From positions 20,513,477 to 20,577,476 of the forward strand of contig NC_068985.1 in the NCBI RefSeq assembly GCF_001194135.2: 64,000 nt of DNA, written 5' to 3'. The position numbers were made by a program, and so were the translations under genes. Shown piece after piece: positions 24,135-38,268 of this stretch (its first letter is position 1; the number at the start of each line of letters is the position of its first letter). Source of the stretch: Octopus bimaculoides. Lineage: Eukaryota. Below the pieces are notes generated by a model. The model had not been told where the DNA came from and made no database searches. It was given only the letters and a program-made list of their open reading frames with translations.

Positions 24135-24442
24135 GTTTCAAATTTTTCCACAAGGGCAACCATTTTGGGGGAGGGTGTGTGTCAGTTACATCGACTTCAG
24201 TGTTCAACTGGTACTTATTTTATTGACCCCAGTAATGATAATGATTTCAAATTTTGGAACAAGGCCAGCAGTTTCAGGGAAAGAGGATGTCAATTACATT
24301 GGCCCCATTACTCAGCTGGTACTTATTTTATCAACCTCAACAAGATGAAAGACAAAGCTGACTTCAAAAGAATTTGAACTCAGAACATGAAGATAAATGA
24401 AATACCACGAACTATTTTGCCTGGTGTGCTAATGATTCTGCT
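24133..24442 (-). mobile_element. Two tandem partial family B SINE copies
   Basis: The GGTTTCAAATTTT...GGTACTTATTTTAT block occurs twice (24133-24231 and 24243-24330), followed by the head portion. Confidence 0.7.
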
Positions 24443-24453
24443 AGTTTACCACC

Positions 24454-24578
<125 letters not shown>

Positions 24579-24599
24579 GGTTTCAAATTTTTCCACAAT

Positions 24600-24826
24600 T
24601 TTTCCTTTGTAAGGCTCAGTGTCTTGAGATTGGCTTTCAGGACTTTGTCCCATGTCTTCCTGGGTTTCCCTTTTCCACAAGTTCCATTCACTTCAAGCAA
24701 TTGGCACTTCTGCATACAACTGTCCATATTCATATGCATCACATGACCAAACCAACACAGTCTTCTCCCTTGCATACTGCATCTAATTTCTGTGATGCCT
24801 AACTTTTCTCTCAATACACCAGCACT
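24600..24826 (-). mobile_element. RTE-clade LINE 3' fragment
   Basis: RRLCWFGHVMHM...GKGKPRKTWDKVLKANL on the minus strand. Confidence 0.85.
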
Positions 24827-25299
24827 GTGTCACACATATACACTGACATTGCACATCCATCAGAGTTTCCTTCTTTCAACACTTTTTACCTTCCTCGGTG
24901 CTTCTTGAGATTTTTCACTGCTCTCCACCATCTACATGCTTTCCATCATCTTGCAACAATGTGCAGGGTCAGGTACTACAATGAGGCAATCCTTGACTTC
25001 CTTGTCAGTGGCTTTTGGCAATGAGAACAAAATGAATCTTTCACCTGTCTTCAGAGCTATGACTGGTGTTGTAGTTTCTGAAGTCAGCAGTTGTTTCTTC
25101 TTCTGGTCTTCCAGCTCCTCTGGTCAGTGAGCCTTCAACCACTTCTTATTGCCACTTGTATAGTGACTGGATTTTCTGCTCTGTATCCTTTCACCATTTA
25201 CTGTGGTGTACTGCTCTGGAATATTCCTGTAGTCTTTGAAGGCCATTAGGACTTGGATGGCTATGCAGACCCCATCCCCACTCCACTTCTGACCATGTG

Positions 25300-25870
25300 T
25301 AATTTCTAGTTACTTTGAGGCTCATCACTTGCCTGTACTAAGTTCCAAAGGTGATGGGCCAAGTATTAATCTCACTACCAGTTTCAGTATTCTATGTATT
25401 ATGGCACCACAGTCTGTGGAGGGATTTATGATACACCCGTTCTCCTTGTTACCTAGATCTGTTCTCAGTCTTAAGAACCAGGTATGTACTACCATCTGCT
25501 GTACACAGGCATCTTTACATACTTTGACCAAAGCTTCTTCTAGCCATTCTTTGGTGTTCATATGGTAGTCCATTCCAATTTTAGTTAAGTATAGGTGTAT
25601 TACTTTTATCCTTGTTCATTCTTTTATCCTTGTGTATTTCTTGAGCAAGAAAGCACTGGCCCATGTAGCACTTCTCTCCTATGAATTTTTTGTTCATTCT
25701 GAAACAGTAGCTTTTGTCCATCACTTTTTTGTAGCTCACCACACGAGTGAAAATGTTATTGAAATGTGCTTTTAAATGTTCTATAAACACCCAGTCCAGT
25801 GCATGTATCAATAATCCTTGTGTGTCTAATTAAGAGTTTGGAAGTATACTCGTTTTCATTAGTGCTACCA
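25300..25870 (-). mobile_element. Degenerate non-LTR reverse transcriptase fragment (possibly R4/NeSL-like)
   Basis: Broken minus-strand frames, including W-MDYHMNTKEWLEEAL, reminiscent of the WIDYKKAxD...HxWL RT motif. Many frameshifts. Confidence 0.4.
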
Positions 25871-26070
25871 GCTTTGTAAGAATTTCCTCCTCTGACAGCC
25901 ACCTAAGTGGATGTCACTTCAAAGCTATTGAAAACGGGAAGGAGAAATCTATTTCATATGTCATGAAAAGAAATTATTATTTCAAATAATTCTAGGTAAA
26001 TCATTTTGGAAGACAATAAATATTCTATCACTTCTTTGTTTATATGTATATATATATGCATGTATATATA

Positions 26071-26113
<43 letters not shown>

Positions 26114-27589
26114 AGAGATATGGAGAGAAATGTGCAGTATGTAGTAAACACCTATTCAGCCTTTTTGCCCTGTATATATTTTAGAGAAATGGTTTTCATG
26201 GAGCTTATAGCTTTTATTATCAGTGTACTTTAGTCTGATAAAGAAATTAACATATTCTTTGCATTAGGTAAGTTTTATGCTGTTTTCTTTTTATCTGATA
26301 CTCAGGAAATAAAGGACCATAACTGACCATGGTCCTTCTATTCCAGAAGGTTTATAGTGTGGTGATAATATGAGATTGTGTGCACAAAAATTTTGCTCAA
26401 TATGTTGAAACTTAGAAATTAGCGAGACTGCATGAATAGATAGTGGTTTTCAGAGAAATGTGCTTTGGTGATGGTTTTATTGCATATTTTTGAGACATTG
26501 ATTTTACTAAGAAAACAACAGAGAGAAAATATTGGTATAGCATGAAGTTTTGCATCTAAATTACAGTTTTATCAAAGATGAAAGGATAAAATCATGATTT
26601 GTCTGAAATTAGTAATTGATTATATTATTTTTAAGTAATAACAGTTAGTATGTTTTTTAATATTGTATTTGAAGAAATATTTGAACAGGTTTTAAATGGT
26701 ATGTCTTTAAATATATTCTTACTAGAATCGTTGCTTTAAACTTTGCATTTAAAGAAATGAAAGAGAACCTATGAAAACTATTGTTGCTATTAAACTATTT
26801 TATAACAACCAAGACATCCTTAAATTTAGCTGTTATAAATAGCATTAAACTGAGATATACATACATATTTACATTTTAAAACAAATCAGAAGGTGCAGAT
26901 ATAAAAATGAATTCATATGAGAGTGAATAAAATTTGAGTGCTCAGTCAGATTTATAATCATATTTTCTTGTTTAGTCATAAGCCAACCCTGATCAAAATC
27001 GTTTCAACCATGATCATCTCACCTTATTTTTCAGGCTAGTGTAGCCAGACTACATTATTTCACATGTCATTTTTTTACACCTAAGATATTAAGATATGGT
27101 TAAGGGAAATTTAGTTGCTATTTCTAGAAGAGTCTTCCACATTAACTTGGTTTTACTTTGTTATCTCATTGTTAACAAGACTTCTGAATATTTTTATTCT
27201 CATATGTACCTTTCATATCTGCACAATTTGTTTTTTGTTATCACTGTAAAATTGCATTGTAGAGAAACTGTTTGGAATGTCATTTTATCTAGATGTGTTA
27301 TGTATGGAGTAGAGAACAAATATATTCTTTCATAACTAATATTGACTGGGAATTAGAAATTCATTCACCATGTATAGGACAACCATATTAGTTTACATGC
27401 CCATACACACACACACAAGCACACACTCATTTAATATCTTCTTTTCCATGCTTGATTTTCTATGGCCAGATGTCCTTTCTGTCATCAACCCTTACCTGTT
27501 TCCAAGTAAGGTAATATTTCCTTGTAGCTGGGCATGTTTTTTTACAGAAGTTTGGAAATCAACAACTTCACTTGTATGACAATGATGCT

Positions 27590-27810
27590 CATTTACAAAC
27601 ATTATGTGATATCTAAACAAAAGTACACAAACACTCATCTAAACATACACACATATATGACAGGCTTCTGTCAGTTTCTGTTCACCAAACCCACTCACAA
27701 GGCTTTAGTTGACCTGGGTTTATATGCCAAAAGAGCCACACAGTGGACTGAACACAAAATCACATGGTTGGGAAACAAACTTCTTAACCACAGAATTACA
27801 TCAATGCCTG
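27590..27810 (-). mobile_element. Family A SINE, diverged partial copy
   Basis: CCACTCACAAGGCTTTAGTTGACC...GTGGACTGAAC...AACCACA matches the reverse strand of the family A head. Confidence 0.55.
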
Positions 27811-28468
27811 TATATGAGAATAAGAATTATTAATCTACTTTGTTAAATTCTTTATTGACAAAATTGATAAAGTTTAAGATCACAATATCTAAAAAGGAAA
27901 CAAAATCATATAATTAATCAGTCATTGTTAGGTTTTCAATTAATTAAATTTGAATAAGCAAATTTAAAATTGAAGTGTATTTCTAAAAACTAAAAGATTC
28001 ATAGAAAGCAAAAATTTTAAAAACAATTGCATTAAAAATATTTGAAAAATATTTACAAAAGTATTTTTCAAAATTGAAAAAAAAAAAAAAAAAAGAATAG
28101 GACCATTGTAAAGTATTCTTTCAGGATACTGGGAGTATTGTTTGAAAACCAGTATATCTGGAAACCATAACCATGGGTGATTTACTATTTAACTATTTAA
28201 CTATGACTTGAAATATTAAATGAATCTTCCCACCTTCATCATCCCACTCACTAGCAGCATCAACATTTCAGTTATCATTATTAAACTCAATTGTCATTTG
28301 CTAACTTTAGAAGAAAATGAACTGATATCTTTGAAGAGAAAATATTAGTGAATATTTGAAGATCTCTGATATTTAGACTTACTACATGTCTGGTTATCTG
28401 GTTATAGTGATTTACTAGTTGATAAATGGTCTATTGCAAGTTTTCATGTTTTCACTGTATTCTTACAG

Positions 28469-28516
28469 TCCATCTCCTGAAGTAAAAGATATTCAACCTC
28501 CGGATAGTCCTAGCAG
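28469..28516 (+). CDS. Candidate short symmetric exon (48 nt, phase 2/2): PSPEVKDIQPPDSPS
   Basis: TTTTCACTGTATTCTTACAG acceptor and CAG|GTTAGT donor. Only the phase-2 frame is open. GC-richer than flanks. Confidence 0.7.
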
Positions 28517-29189
28517 GTTAGTAAGGTTGTGTGTATACTCAAATAAAAAGGTTTTGTTCCATATATATATATCAGTATGCATGTGTGTATGTGTGAATGT
28601 GTGTGTGTAATGCACTTTTTATAAACTAAAAGCTTTTTCTTCCATTTAACCACAATCAATTTAATATCTAAGAACAAACTCTAATACTAAAATTATGTCT
28701 TACTAAAAATATTTTTTCCTCTACTAAAAATAATTTTTTACTAAAACCTTTAATTTTATTAAAAACTTTCCTTATTAATCTCATTTATTAGAAAAAAATA
28801 CATTACTTTATGAAATAAAAAAAGAGTTAATTTCATTATATTACAAAGACAGTCTTGATCAGATTTAAAATTCAGTCTGTTCTAAGCCTGAAATATACAC
28901 TAAAAATTATATTTATTCAATAATAGTCATAAGTGTTGATTTATACTTTTACTATAATCAAATTTTCAAACATTACAAATCTACACAATTTGATTCTAAT
29001 AATTGAATGTGCATACATATATGCATACAGACCCACCCACAAAATACAAATTCTCTCTCTCTCTCCACACACACACATACACACACAGACAAATATTTGA
29101 AATAATTACTTTTACAAGACTTGTGCAGTATCCCTCACTTTAGAATCTGTCTAAGATTATTTGATTATATTAATGTGGATAAGGCAATT

Positions 29190-29690
29190 GTTATTGACTG
29201 AAGAGACACAATCATGTTAAAACACTGGCATCTCAAAGTCTTCCTACATCACTGAAATGTGTCTGTTTTGTCAGTACACATTGTCTGAAAGGAAATATTG
29301 TTTTCCAAAGGTGAGCTACAACATTGATTAGAATATTCTTATTCATAGCCACTGGAATATGTTATGAATCAATATCTACATTTTTTTTATTTCTTCTCTT
29401 CTAAATGCTTATGACAACTGGCAGACATCAGCATATACCAGCAAATAATTTATTTTACTGACTTCTATAAACAAGTATGGCCATTCGTGTTTAGATTTAG
29501 AGACCTGAGGATAGCTTTAACTGTAGAGATACAATCATGCTAAAGTACCAGTCATCCTACATTACTAGATTATGTCTGTTGCTAACATACATCATCTAAA
29601 ATGAGAAATTGTTTTCTTATAAGGTGAAGTACAATAATGATTAGTATATTCATAGTCATATTTGCTGGGACATGTTAAGATTGAATATGC
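29190..29690 (+). repeat. Old imperfect tandem duplication, unit about 323 bp, each unit beginning with a decayed hammerhead-like core
   Basis: CTGAAGAGACACAATCATGTTAAAAC at 29198 versus CTGTAGAGATACAATCATGCTAAAGT at 29521, with further collinear similarity (AAGGTGA(G/A)...TACAA...GATTAG). Confidence 0.65.
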
Positions 29691-29713
29691 ATGTTATTGT
29701 TTTGATTCTTACT

Positions 29714-30023
29714 CAAGGCTGGTGAACCTGAGGCCCACAGGGCACATGCAGCCTGCTTGATACTTTCTTGAAATGAGTTTATTTAAACAAACATTTAAAA
29801 AATTTTATCAAAAATTAAAAATTGTAATGAAAAGTAAAAAAGGAAGATACTACTGTTTTTGCAACGATATTTTATATTGAATTAATAATCATTCATTCAT
29901 TATTGTAATAGTAGCATGAGAAAGCAAAATGCTTTCAATTCTGTCAGCATACAAGCAGCCCTCAAATGTCTTTCTGTGTATGATTAAAGGGGCCTGTAAC
30001 GTAATTCGAGTTGGCCAGGCCTG
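29714..30023. mobile_element. hAT-like MITE, 310 bp
   Basis: Perfect 8-bp TSD TTCTTACT (29706-29713 and 30024-30031) and imperfect TIRs CAAGGCTGGTGAAC / GTTGGCCAGGCCTG. Confidence 0.8.
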
Positions 30024-30307
30024 TTCTTACTGTTTGTGGGTTCATTATAATTTAAGATTAAAAAACAATTTATTTTAAAGTTCATGAGAAGACATAAAAA
30101 AAAATTATGTTTAATATTAACCAAAGATTTTTTTAAATGCCAAGAAGATACAATTTTTCATTTTGAGGTAAAAAATATTATATACTATAAAATATTTTGA
30201 GCTTTGAACAAACTACTTCGCAATAAGCATTCTTTTCTTTCTCCCTTCTATGCTTTTTATCAGTTTGTGTTTCTCTCTTTCCGAATGAAATCAGGTATGA
30301 TCAGATC

Positions 30308-30308
30308 T

Positions 30309-30342
<34 letters not shown>

Positions 30343-30344
30343 AT

Positions 30345-30404
<60 letters not shown>

Positions 30405-30428
30405 AGGGATAGAGAGAGAGGGAGGGAG
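30308..30428. repeat. (GA)n microsatellite with duplicated AAGGAGGGATA interruption
   Basis: Directly visible. Confidence 0.9.
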
Positions 30429-33415
30429 TCGTCTGGATATATAGTGTATTTATATATAAAGGAATATATAAATGTGGAACAGAAATGCTTCCAAATTTGA
30501 AACTCAGAATGACTGATAGAAGTTTCACCAGTAAGTCTGTGTGTGTGTGTGATTTTTTTTTTTTATCTCATATGTGAATCTATATAATTGCATATAAGCA
30601 CGTTTTAATCATTGTTACTAGTTTATGTGGACATTTATATGTGTGTCTTTAAATGTACTAACAGTTTCAGACGGAGGTGACAATCTTAGTTCCATATCAA
30701 AATGTTTTCTCCATTTTTTTTAACTACTTGCTTTGATTGATTGATTAATTGATTGATTGATTCAATTTTTAAATATAATTTATTGGTATGAAATGAACTG
30801 ATAGTTTAGTAGTGTTCTTAATTAATATTCAAATTAAAGGTGTCAACCCAGTTCTTGATTTGTGCTCTAGTTCTAGCTGTCCTCCCATATAATATATATT
30901 GAAATTGCTTCCATGTTAATTTCTTCTTAGAGTTTTACTGTACTATTTGTTTTTTTCTTTTTAAATCGAAAAATTTCAATTAATTAAATAATTTTGATCA
31001 ATGTCACACGGATTTCTGCTTGGAAAACTAGATTATGATTTTTAAGTGAATTTGAAGTGAGGAGATATTGGAACAAACACTTTCCAGTAATAAGTTCTGA
31101 GCCCAAAGTTACAAAGTTCAAATCCTAGCTATTGCAGGGATGAATAAACTGGTTTTAAAAAGCTATTGGACAATTTCTATATTAAATGTTGTTATAGTTA
31201 TCAAAGAAAACTGCTCTGAAGGAAAATTCATTATTAAAATAACAGAAACTTGTCAAATGAATCACAATTCACTGTTATAGAGAATGGCAGTATTTAAAGC
31301 AATATGATAGAAGTTGAGGAACATATTACTTTTAGTTTATGAAAACTCTTGTATATTTTACAGAAGATATTCTTTTAAGTATCTTTTTAGTTGACAACAA
31401 GAAAGAAAAAATTTTTGTAGATTTTAAAATAGTTTTGGTGCCAGCATAGAGTTGAACCATAATAGATTCAATTGACAAGGAAAAAAAATATTTACAAGGA
31501 GTTAATAGAACATAACTCTTTGACAGAACAACATCAAACTTATTGATTTAACTGACTGTAATTTATTATGAAAATTATTTTTGGAAGCTTGAATTAGCTT
31601 ATCAATAACATTTCTGATATATTATTTAACAATATTCCTACCTTCATGTGTCACATGAGATCTGATTAGTTTTTGTTTTTTTTCCTTCATAGATTCTTTA
31701 AAATTCATTTCATGTTTTCCTCATAATTTTACTTTCCTTGTTTGCTTATTCTTTGTAAAGATCAACTAATTATAGTAAAAGAATTTCAGTTTATAAATTG
31801 GACTTATTCTGATTCATATATTATTCACCATTTGGATATGTTTTTAAAATTGCATGTTTGCATGTATATGAATACAATAATGCAGAAATTACACTGGAAA
31901 TGACTACGGAAACATATTTTAAACAAGAACAATATTTTCCATTAGCAATCCATTAATTATATCATATCTTTGAATTTTGAAGAAAATGAACTCAAACTAA
32001 TTGAATCTGTATATATTTATAACGAAATATTGAATGAGCTTAAAGATCATTACCTAATTATTTAAACTAAGCATAACTCTCATACCTGGCTGAGGCACTT
32101 GAGTGCTGGCTTACTGGCTGAAGGGTTGGTAGTTCTTATCCTAGCACTGATGCTGTACTCTAACCATAACTAAATCATTTAACTACAAATGTTTCAGTTC
32201 ATTTGATATTAGTTCAATAGATATCATTAAGAGTAATTAAGGAGTATTTTGTGACTTTGGAAGGCAATGCTCAAATTTTCCATGAAAATTGCTTTATTAA
32301 TTTCAATGTGCCCAAAACTACCACTGTTTCTAATGTATAAAGCTTTTCATTTATATTTAAATCAAACCAACTGTTTATATTTAAATTAAAGCCTTCCATA
32401 TGAATTTTATATTAAATATACTTTAGAATGACAAATTTAGTTATTTTACAAAACCACTTGAAATTCTTAATAATTTTCAAAATTTACTGAAACATATATG
32501 CAATATATTTATTGGAAATACAATCACAAAAGGCTACTGCGTCTTCTCTTTAATCATTACAAGAAGATAAAATTTTCAATGGTGCAGCAATGTACTAACA
32601 GGCTGCATTAGTAATATATATCTGCTTCCCAATATATGCATCATGTCATATATAAAGGCATATAAATTGCTAAATATTACTAAAATTTCAAAAACATTAG
32701 GAAACTAATCAAATTTCTAAATATTTATATGCATTTTCAATTTGTTCTTCATTAGTTATAGAGACCACTTTTGGCCCTTTAGTTTTGAAAGTGGTATGAT
32801 GATCTCACTAGTACTAGTGCCACAAAACAAAGGCATCCAGTTCAATCTGCAAAGTGGCTGTCATTAGGAAGTCATTTCAGTAAAGCATGTTTTCACTAAG
32901 CTTCGCTAATACTAATGAAAAAATTTAATTAGTAAATAACATTTAATTAAAGCTCTAGTGTTTACTTATCTGTTGTTTCTCATAATGTTGACTGGTATTC
33001 CATAATACTTCACAGTTTAAAATGTATTCAATTAGTAAATAATGTGTTACAATATCTAACAGTTTGAATTTAACCTTTTCTTAGTTAGAAGTAGATAACA
33101 ATATAACAATGCTGTGTTTTTTTAAATGCTATGTATTCTTTGAAAATGCTATCTAAAGTCACAATTGCATTTGGAGGTGGGGTTGTGAATAATAAATTTG
33201 TCTCATATTGAAATACATAAACTCTTTTGTTATTGTCATTACAAATATTAACAATTTTTTTTACCTCATAAATCAAATCAATAACTAGTCTCAGGTAATC
33301 TTTATGAAACTGAAATAGAAATCTGATTTTATTATGTCAGTTAAATTTAGAAAAGATTCTTAAGCAATATTGTGCTTCATTTATCTGTTTGACAAGGCAT
33401 TTTTTATAATTCCAG

Positions 33416-33451
33416 TGTCTCTTCAAGGACAACCATTGAGAGTCCTCAGCG
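33416..33451 (+). CDS. Candidate short symmetric exon (36 nt, phase 2/2): VSSRTTIESPQ
   Basis: TTTTTTATAATTCCAG acceptor and GCG|GTGTGT donor (weaker). Open in phase 2 and also in phase 1. Confidence 0.5.
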
Positions 33452-35529
33452 GTGTGTATCACTTTCAAAGTCTTCTCTAATTTCAAACATCTACTAATAT
33501 CTAACCTGACATTGAAGTAGTGATTATAACCTCTTAGATGTTTTTCATAGAACCTCTGCTCATCGAGATTTGTCTTTAGAAATTATGGATCCTTATATCT
33601 TAAGCTGATCAAATGTACTGCAGTAATACATTACCATTACACCATGCAGGTTTCCAAATGTCTTCTAGTATTATCAATAATGGATTTTTCTAAAGCTTCT
33701 AGTAAGAAAATAATGGAGCATTTGAAAACAAGTAAAATTATATATAAGAAAAAGAAAAGTATAGAAAATGAAACTGTTAAAACAAGATGTCCTACTTTTC
33801 TTTTTCAAACTTTCAAAAAGAAAACAAAAACTTTAAGATCTTCTCATTTGTGTAGGAGGGAATATGTCTGTGTGTTAACTTCACATAATAGCTAGAATTT
33901 TACTATTGAATATCTTCATAAATGATTTTTATGAATTATTAGCATAACATTTATATGTAAAGTCATAGACTAGACACATATCTAGTAATAAAAATATAGA
34001 TCAATAGATTTATAAATCAACTACTCGACTATTTAAAAATCTAAGTTATATGTTCTGCTATGAGAAGGTTATACCAGTTAGTAATGTAAATAATAGCTAA
34101 ATAGGATCTGCAACAGCTAGCTGAACATAATAGTCTTGTGAGACAGTCACCAAATAGTGTAGTAAACCAAGTAATAAAATCATTATTGAAATTATCCCCA
34201 TTGCTCCCCCCCCCTATTATCCTATTTCCCCTCCTCTCTGTCTGTCCATATTTATCAAAGTCTAGGAGTACTTGGAATGGTTTTGTTTTTATGTTGTTTC
34301 AGATGGTCTATGACACAAATATTTTCAACTCAATATCTCTGTATATAACAGTTTGTATTTTATTGGTATTAGACAAATGAAAATGAAAGTAACTTTGACA
34401 ACACTTCAACATAGTATAATTATAACATGACCTTTCGAACAGCTAATTAATTATATTCTTGACAAGTACTCTATATCTTTCCTTTAAGTCTTATATACTA
34501 AGTTTCCTTGTATATTACTTTTCTATTAACTTTCTGTGGGTGATTACTCTCTGATGTATCTTAAAATACTTGTTTGTTGAAGATGTTCTCCTTGGTATTA
34601 TGGTTAGGAATTTGTAATTTCTTAAGTAATTTATTTGACAGATTTAGCCATAGTACTAATAGGTCATTAAACTTTCTAATTGGCTCTTCATTTTCTCCCT
34701 TACTATAAAGTTTATCAAAATGTTACAGTACAAATCTCTTTTATTGCAATAAAATGAAGCCAAGTGATAAAGTAAAGAAATAGAATTTGTAAAAGTCAAA
34801 TAAATGTTCATTTCAGTATGTTTAGATCAATGTAAAATGTTTCTATAAATGTTTTTCAGATTGAACTGAAATTTATATAATCTAGTTAATTCTTATAAAC
34901 TCAACAATTTCAAGTGACTTTGCTTCAATAATTACTTAATGACATATATTATTAGCATTTATTAGCTGTACAAATAAAAATTCAGATTTAATATTCTGCA
35001 AAAGCTGTCAAAATTTTTCTTATAAATTTTCATATAGAAATAAAAATACCTTATAACCTCAAGGTAAATGAAATAAACTTTTTCAAAATCACTTAGTTTT
35101 ACTTATTATTCCATTTATTTTCCTCTCAATAACTAAATATATTTTCTTCTATAAAGCTTTTAAAATACATATTAATTCCGATGTTTATAAATATATTCCA
35201 GTGCAAAACATTTTGCATGGAAATCTGATAGAGCAATTAAAATAAAAATTAAGAATTCTCTTTAGAACATTAACTGTTCTGATGAACTATTAACATAATG
35301 GTTTTTCCATTGAATCAAAGAAACACATAAAAAATATACAATAGTGTATAAATTTTAAATTATTCTAAGTATTCTCTTCTTTAAGTATTTTATGATTTCA
35401 CTTTAATTCAAAAATTAGGTTAATTACAATTAATCTTTCATAAAATTCTTTATCGATTAAATATAGTAAGCATTTTTAAGGAATTTATCCTCAACCAGGT
35501 TTATAACTCATATAGTCACTGTTTTGCAG

Positions 35530-35595
35530 AACTTATTCCAGCAAGCAATCGCTGGAAAGACGTACAAGTATCAGCTCTTCTTTTAAAATATTCAG
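35530..35595 (+). CDS. Candidate short symmetric exon (66 nt, phase 2/2): TYSSKQSLERRTSISSSFKIF
   Basis: CACTGTTTTGCAG acceptor and CAG|GTTTGT donor. Open in phase 2 and also in phase 1. GC/CpG-richer island within ~80% AT intron. Confidence 0.65.
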
Positions 35596-36322
35596 GTTTG
35601 TGATTATCAGTTATTTGTCTACTACATCATGGTATATTAAACCAGCTAATCAACTGACAACATGTGCACCAAAATAATATACTAATTTCAAATATGTTGG
35701 CATAATTTCTAACAGGCAATAAACAAAGATTAACAGAAAAAAATACAAAATATTTAAAATTTAATGTTATATCGATCAAGGAAAGCTGACAAACTAACAA
35801 AAGCTTCAACCAATATAATTAACTTTGCGTAAAAATACATTTGTTCAATTAAAATTTGTTACTTTTTAATTCTAAATTACTAATGACTAGTAGCTCAATT
35901 AATAAAATTCTCTTACACAACAAATACTGAAATCCATGATATTTAGTGAACATTATTGTAAATGTCACCAGACAGAAATAAAAGAACTGATCATACTGTT
36001 TTTAGAAGTTTAACTGACATCACATGTGTTGGTTCTCAGAAACTTTAATTCATATAAATTATTGCAATATAATAAAAATGGTGTATGAATTTCTTATGAG
36101 CTATCTTTGATTAACATTTTCTTCATCTAATTTTATTCGGCTTATCACTTTTTCTCAAAGTTTACTTCTTTATCCACACTGATTTTAGTATGTTCACTCA
36201 GAACCAACAAAATTTAATGATTTTCTACCTATTATTGACATTGAAGACAAATTTCAAAAATATTGTATATGATTATTAGAAGTGAACAAGCCATTTATAA
36301 TCATAAACATTATATATATATA

Positions 36323-36667
36323 NNNNNNNNNNNNNNNNNNNNNNNNNNNNNNNNNNNNNNNNNNNNNNNNNNNNNNNNNNNNNNNNNNNNNNNNNNNNNN
36401 NNNNNNNNNNNNNNNNNNNNNNNNNNNNNNNNNNNNNNNNNNNNNNNNNNNNNNNNNNNNNNNNNNNNNNNNNNNNNNNNNNNNNNNNNNNNNNNNNNNN
36501 NNNNNNNNNNNNNNNNNNNNNNNNNNNNNNNNNNNNNNNNNNNNNNNNNNNNNNNNNNNNNNNNNNNNNNNNNNNNNNNNNNNNNNNNNNNNNNNNNNNN
36601 NNNNNNNNNNNNNNNNNNNNNNNNNNNNNNNNNNNNNNNNNNNNNNNNNNNNNNNNNNNNNNNNNNN
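36323..36667. other. Assembly gap (N run)
   Basis: Run of n flanked by (AT)n. Confidence 1.
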
Positions 36668-36700
<33 letters not shown>

Positions 36701-38268
36701 TTATATTGTAAGAATGCAGAGGAATGCAGATTTTCTTGAGTGTCCAGGAGGATTCTAAGAGGTAGTAGAGAGTTTTGTTACCTATGTGAATTAATTAGCA
36801 GTGGAGTAGTTTACTCTGAAAGCATGGTTGCTAGAGTAAACATAGGTTTAGAGAAAGTTCAGAGTACTCTATTACCTTTTTGGTAATAAAAAGCCTCTCA
36901 CTGTGACATAAGAACAGGCAGTGTGGGTGAACAGAGGTTATAAGAGTGTTCAGGAAATTGAGTGAAGGGTGGTTAGAGATGCCAAAGTGTTGAGGTAAAT
37001 ATAATAAGTGAAAAACAAAGGTTGAACAGTAGTAGATGATAAATATGTGTTAGAGGGAAAGTAGGTAATGACTGACTGAACAGAAAAGGATAGTATAGAT
37101 TCTTAACAGAGAAGAAGCCGTGGATATTATCTTTATGGTCTTAAGAATATCTTCATAATTTGATTATAAAGAAAACATTTGTAAATTTTTCCAATTATAG
37201 ATCTTTATTTTTAATTTATAAACTTATTGCAATATTTAGGATTTATTTACTAAATAAGTTCACATGATGCATATTCAAATTCAATAATAAACATTGCTTT
37301 ATGTATTTGAATGAGATGAATTAGTTCTGTTCAAGTTATCAGCTATGATGTATATATGTTAAATGTGAAGCTAGTTGAAACTTGTCTATTCAAAGTGGAA
37401 GAGTAATTACAATAAATAATTGCCCCTTATCAGAATTGTTGAATTTCTGTCCAAATAAAAGTGGATGAAAATCATTTGTGAATTTAATAGTTAAAATCAT
37501 ATTGGCATCACAAATTTAAAACATTATTTTATTCAGTTTAAAAAATGATAAACTCCTATGGTGTATAATATATCAACTCCATAAATAGAGTATTTCTATC
37601 TTTGTTAATATATGTGTATAACAAATATTTGTAATTTTTAATAAATTCATTGAAGCATGAAATAATCTTGAATTCAGAAACTTATTCTGTTTCATTACTT
37701 CAAACATTTGCATGAAAATCACATTTCAACATTAAGAGTTCATTATACAAACACTAAAAAGGTGTGATATTTTCATAATTTTATGACAGCATAAAAATTT
37801 ATGCAGTTTGGTTTGCTAACCATTTATTCATAGATGACTAATAATTCAAGTTAACACATGAAAATAATTGAATCTTAACTTTCACTTGGTTTAACACCAC
37901 CACATGGTATTTTGGGTGACTTTAGCAGAGCCTACTCTGTTGCAAGTCTCTGGTTTACAACACCTTCCTCCCCACTCCCACCAGTCTTCAAGGCCCAAGA
38001 CTGTAAAAGATTATGAGCTCTGTTTTCCCTCCTGACTAAAATATTTATAAAAAATAAAAATGAATACTTGTTTCAGTAATTGAAATGTTAAAAAGTATCC
38101 TACCACAGCTGTATGTCCTACTGACATATGGAGATACGCAATACCTTAAGAGTAGTGAATTACAGATGGAAAAGTACATATTTGGAGTAAAAAACTAAAA
38201 AGGCTTAAGTGGAGATTTAACCAAATATAAATACAATATGATCATTTACTGAAAATTTATCTTTTCAG

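Noticed and set aside
26234-26267. Strong donor TAG|GTAAGT with an upstream acceptor
   Set aside because: 34 nt, with stop codons in the frames compatible with the neighbouring exons.
35481-35498. 18-nt phase-2/2 candidate (NLSST) before exon 35530
   Set aside because: Weak AAG acceptor, and the resulting intron would be only 31 nt.
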